This document shows positions 59,508-64,000 of a DNA stretch of 64,000 nucleotides, piece after piece. How positions within the stretch are numbered: the stretch's first letter is position 1; each line of letters opens with the position of its first letter. Location: contig CBDDEL010000016.1 of assembly GCA_965226885.1 (NCBI GenBank), forward strand, positions 416,001 to 480,000, given 5' to 3'. A program made the translations under genes and the position numbers. Source of the DNA: Opitutales bacterium. Lineage in GTDB: Bacteria; Verrucomicrobiota; Verrucomicrobiia; Opitutales; UBA2987. Under the pieces are notes generated by a model. It ran no database searches. It saw nothing but the letters and a program-made list of their open reading frames with translations, and was not told where the DNA came from.

Positions 59508-62170
59508 CACTAGTGTCCAGTTAAAAGCCCTTGAGCATCAACTGGTTGTGTAATGCTAAGTTTGGCTTTCTTGTTTCGAACTTTGCAAGTAGTTGATATA
59601 CAGGATCTTTTTGAAAGACGTTCACACTCAAAACTTGCAGAATCCGACTCAGACTTTCAGTGACTCCATGCACTTTTTTCAAACAGGCGACCATGAGATA
59701 AACGCATATGGCTACCCAAATTTGGGTCTTCACGGCGTTTTCGGTGGTGCCGTAGAAAGCCTTGATGCGGAGGTTTTGCTTGATCCACTTAAAGAACAGC
59801 TCAATGCGCCAGCAGAACAGCTCAATGCGCCAGCGGCTTTTGTAAATGGCCGCGATAGTCAAGGCGGGCAAGGTGAAGTTGTTGGTGAGGAAGACCAGCC
59901 TCTGGCCAGTTGCGCCATCGCGGTAGCGAATGCGCCGGAGCTTGCCGGGGTATTGGCTTTTGCTTTTGGCGACTTTCAATCCGATGATCTGGTCGCAACT
60001 GATTCCGCTGGATCGGTCCACGGGTTGGGAAGCACTAACGTAAAAACTCATATTGCTTTTGGCGCGGGTGACGAAGAAGGCAGCAGCCAAATGGATGCGA
60101 AAGAGCCGCTGAAAATCGACGTAACCACGATCCATTACGTAAATGCTTGCGGGTTCAAAAGCCAGTTCATCAAGGATGTTCACGTCATGCACGCTTGCGT
60201 CTGTAATACTGATGAATATAGGGATGGAGCCACGCAAGTCCATCATCGTATGCAGTTTGATGGCCGCCTTGGTGCGGCGAAATGTTGCCCACGAAAACAA
60301 CGACAGGCACAGGTCTATGGTCGAGGCATCCAGGGCATAAACCATCTCGTCTACATTCAATCCAATCGCGTCTTGGGCATACAAACGGCGCGCCTTGGCG
60401 ATGAGCACTTGAGCCAATGCTTCGTAAAGGCGCCAGTTGCGATGCTCGTTGGCGTAGGCCAAGTTCGTGCGTGTCACATTGCCCCGGATTCCCATCGCAT
60501 ACAAGTGAGGACTTCCCCGCAGACACGCCTCGATGTCACGCAAACTCTCACGGAATGTCATTTGCGCAATGATGTGCACTGGAAAAAGTGGACACGAGAT
60601 TCTCCTAAATGGAGAATCGAAGCATGGGAAGAAGACGCTTTAGTATAGAGTTCAAAAATGAGGCAGTTCAACTGATGATACTCGATGGTCTGAGCGCCAC
60701 CGAGGTATCGACCAAACTTGGGGTCAACACCAACCAATTGTATAGGTGGAAGAGGCTCTATCTGGACGATCAGCAGGGCGAAGCCACCTCAAAGCGACAG
60801 AGCAGTCCGAAGGAGATGGCGGCCGAGATAGATCGTCTTCGCAAAGAGCTGCGCCGCTCGGAGCGGATCAACCAGATACTAAAAAAAACGGTGGGCTACT
60901 TTGCCAAGGACGAACAATGAAGTACCAGTTTGTCAAAGACAACGAGGGGCGCTTCAAGATCGAGGAAATATGCTCGGCGATGGGGATTTGTCGCAGTGGC
61001 TATTACTGCTGGAGGCACCGAGCGCCCTCGGCCCGGCGGATCGAGGACGAGGGAATCAAGGGGGCGATCCTGAAGGTACACAAAGAGGCCAAGGGCCGCT
61101 ATGGGCATCGGCCAATGCACCGCCATCTGAAGGATGATGAGGGCATCGATTGCGGCCGTGACCGGGCTCTGCGTCTGATGCGTGAAATGGGAATCAAAAG
61201 CACCCAGAGTAAACGCTTTAAGCCATTAAAAACCAACAGTAACCATCCCTATGGTTACAGCCCCAATGTGCTTAAAAAGCATGGCCAGCCGACCCATATC
61301 GACGAGGTCTGGGTGGCGGACACGACCTACCTACGGACCCTGGCCGGGTGGATGTACTTGGCCACGGTGATGGACCTGTTCAGCCGACGCCTGCTGGGCT
61401 GGAGCGTTTCCAACCACAACGACGCGAAGCTGGTTGGCAAGGCCCTCAAAGCCGCGGCCATGACCCGCGGCACACTGCGCACCGGGATTATTCATCACAG
61501 CGATCGGGGCAGCCCCTACGCCAGCGACGACTATCAGAGGCTGGTCTCTGAACTAGGCATGAAGCCGAGCATGAGCGCCCAAGGCAACTGCTACGACAAC
61601 GCGGCCATGGAATCGTTCTACGGCCGCTTCAAGACCAGCACGATTCGAGGCCGCCACTTTGCCGACGAGCGCGAACTGCGATCAACTGTCTTCGAATACG
61701 TGGAAATCTTCTACAACCGATATCGCAAACATTCCTCTCTGAGTTACCAAAGCCCAGTCCAATTCGAGGAAAATATTTGCCCCCCATGGGGGGCAACGAG
61801 AAAACAAAACCCTTTACCAAAACAAGCCGCCTGACACACTAATCAATAAACAATGAATATAAGAGAATCCCGTGTCCAACAAATCCAGTACACGTCAGCA
61901 AAGGCCATGCTCAAGAACTGATCACGGGCACTGAAACTACGACTGGTTCTTGGCATGGGATAAAGACTAACGCAGCGTTCGAACTGTTCGCGATGGAGCA
62001 AATCCATCGCCTGCGTGAATGCAAGGCGGCCTTCGTTCATGCTGCCCAGTCTCAAAAAGGGTGCGGAAAGCGCCAGCTAACTTCAAATGCGTCACATCCA
62101 TGTGGCTACTCAACAAACACATCATCAACGAAATACGACTTTAGACTGGCCGCTTAACTGGACACTAGTG
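59508..62170 (-). mobile_element. IS4-family element, transposase 59521-62040 interrupted by IS3-B
   Basis: Perfect IR CACTAGTGTCCAGTTAA, 9-bp TSD ACTTTATAT; QFLSMAFAQMT.RESLRDIE, ALDASTIDL, MDRGY, Y..RW.IELFFKW.KQ. Confidence 0.92.
60570..61897 (+). mobile_element. IS3-family element B, full copy
   Basis: Same ends, 4-bp TSD GCAA; orfA ends 60920, orfB ends 61834. Confidence 0.94.
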
Positions 62171-62265
62171 ACTTTATATGATGAATTTGAGGTGGCCTTT
62201 CCATCCAACACCTCTAGGCTCTGTTTGTAATTTCGTAATACTTTTAAATTTATTTAGGCCCCTAG

Positions 62266-63858
62266 CCCGGATATTTCATGAAGGGTAAAGTTTGGCTCGT
62301 AAGGGTAAAGTTTGGCTCGTTATTGCTATTGGAGATGGAGATGGATTTCTTTGTATTTTGGGCGGATCGTCTTGATTTTGAGGTGTTTTTCAGGGTGTAG
62401 AGACACTTCCCCCTTTCCCCCATTGGTTCGGTAGCGCCGGGGGCAGCGCCAATGCGCCCTTTAGGTTGGCACCAACCGGCGGGCCGCATGGTTGAAAAGA
62501 CTGGCCCATGGATAACTTTCACTTAGATGAAAGTGAATCGTTCGGGTGTTGCGCACGATTACCGCTCCGATCTTGATTAATTTTAGCCGTAGACTGTGGC
62601 ATTGGAGCCGCGCCCACTTCGTCCCTTTTAATGCGAACCGGCGCAAGGCTTCCATCAAGGTGTAGGCCAGCCCCGACAAGAGCAATCGCCACTGGTTGGC
62701 CCACCATTTATGCGCGCTGGTGTGTTCGCTGAACAATTGCATCTGTTCCTTGATCCGGTTCTCCATCTCACCGCGGCCACAGTATACTTTGTCGTAAAGC
62801 TCTTGGGGATCGCCCTGCAGGTTCGTCACCACGAAGCGCGGGTTGGACCCCTGTGCGGTGTGTTCGGCTTTGTGGATGATAAGGCGTTGGCGCCGCCACG
62901 ATTTTGGCCCATACTCGAAGTGCTGAAACAGCCGTTGCTTTTTGCCGCTACCCTCGAACCATTGTTTGGCTTGCTCCTGCAACTGCCGGGCCGCTTGCTG
63001 CAAGCGTGCATGGCGGGCCGTTCCCACTATAAAATAAACCTCGTTGCGCTCGCACCACGAGAGAATCCGATCCCGGCAGAATCCGCTGTCGGCACGCCAA
63101 ATAATCCGCGTATGGGGCCAGCTTTGGCGAATCCGTTTAACCAGCAATTTGAGGATGGCCCCGGCATGCTTGCTCGCATCGATCTTGCTGGGCCGCAGGT
63201 AGGCCACCAGAAGCTGATCGCCGCAAAAAACATACAGCGGCAAAAAACAGTAATGATCATAATAACCGTGGAAAAAACGTCCCTCCTGGAGCCCGTGCAC
63301 CGGATTGTCGGTGGCGTCAAAGTCTAGGATGATCTCTTCGGGTTCCTCGGCAAAGGATCCGATGAACTGTTCGACCAGCAACTCGTTCAGGGCAAAGGCT
63401 GCCCGCCGATCCTGCCCGTTTTCAAAACGACACAAAGTCGGCGCGCTGGCCAACGCTTCAGTGCGCCCCGTTACCGTTTGCAACAAAGGATCGCGGCGCA
63501 GGGTGTCAAAGTCGTTCAAATCCTCATAGCCCGCCACCAGCCCGTAAACGCGCTGCCGGATCATGGCCAGCATCTCATGGCGCACTTTGCCCTTCTGCCG
63601 TTTGTCTACTAATTGCCGGGCCGCTTGCTCGGTCAAGCCCAACCGCCGATCCACTTCCCGGATCAAAAGCAGCCCGGCATCCGAAGTAACCTCACCGCCC
63701 TTAAAATCAACCCGCACACGGCGGCCTTTTACCCTTGTCAACTGTAGTTCTAATTGTTTACTTTTTGTCATCGCTGATATTGCTTTAATGTTTAATCTAT
63801 CCTGCTGTATATCAGCAGATAAGCATATCAGCGATACTTTTTTTATGAAATTTCCGGG
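62266..63858 (-). mobile_element. IS1380 subtype B, intact transposase 62461-63771
   Basis: CTAG TSD; same motifs but many substitutions relative to copies 1-5. Confidence 0.93.
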
Positions 63859-63878
63859 CTAGCGCTGCCACCCCGCAA

Positions 63879-64000
63879 ATGCCACCTTCTTCTACCAGTC
63901 AAAAGACGGAATTAATCATTTACAAATTTACCCTGGAAAACGGGGAAGTTCACAGTTTTGAGGTAAATGTTTATAGAGAGAGCCCGCGCCCACGCGATGA
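63879..64000 (+). CDS. Possible start of a hypothetical protein (runs off window)
   Basis: Open frame MPPSSTSQKTELIIYKFTLENGEVHSFEVNVYRES to the window end. Confidence 0.35.
   Translation, partial: MPPSSTSQKTELIIYKFTLENGEVHSFEVNVYRESPRPRD

Overview
Bacterial chromosome segment, probably Verrucomicrobiota/Opitutales (inferred from the ECF-sigma/FecR type and the Trp-rich C-terminal domains; not verified). The first ~7.2 kb is an intact housekeeping block (ispG partial, rseP, dxr, cdsA, uppS, pterin-4a-carbinolamine dehydratase, gdhA). The rest is a decaying accessory region. About 34 kb (~53% of the window, from my end-mapping) is insertion-sequence DNA: 6x IS1380 (two subtypes), 6x IS3-A, 3x IS3-B, 1x IS407-group plus remnants, 3x IS1, 2x IS21, IS630, IS4 and an ISNCY/IS5-like element, often nested, with target-site duplications (TSDs) still readable. 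Most non-IS genes there are pseudogenes (ABC substrate-binding protein, hydrolase, metallophosphoesterase, pirin, aldo/keto reductase, sialidase, extracellular endonuclease, ECF/FecR, IPTL-CTERM proteins, sacsin-like ATPase). An SNF2 helicase, two double-AP2 proteins, a CPBP protease and a HigA-like protein look intact. The most interesting signals are: (1) at least 17 perfect 6-260 bp tandem duplications, many with no microhomology, that post-date IS insertion and inactivate genes, one with a 16-nt filler copied from a nearby IS; (2) a ~100-bp AT-rich dispersed repeat at four gene junctions, always pointing into the downstream gene; (3) a shared Trp-rich C-terminal domain on three unrelated secreted proteins; (4) a repeated AP2/membrane-protein module. 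All calls are from reading the sequence only; no searches were run.
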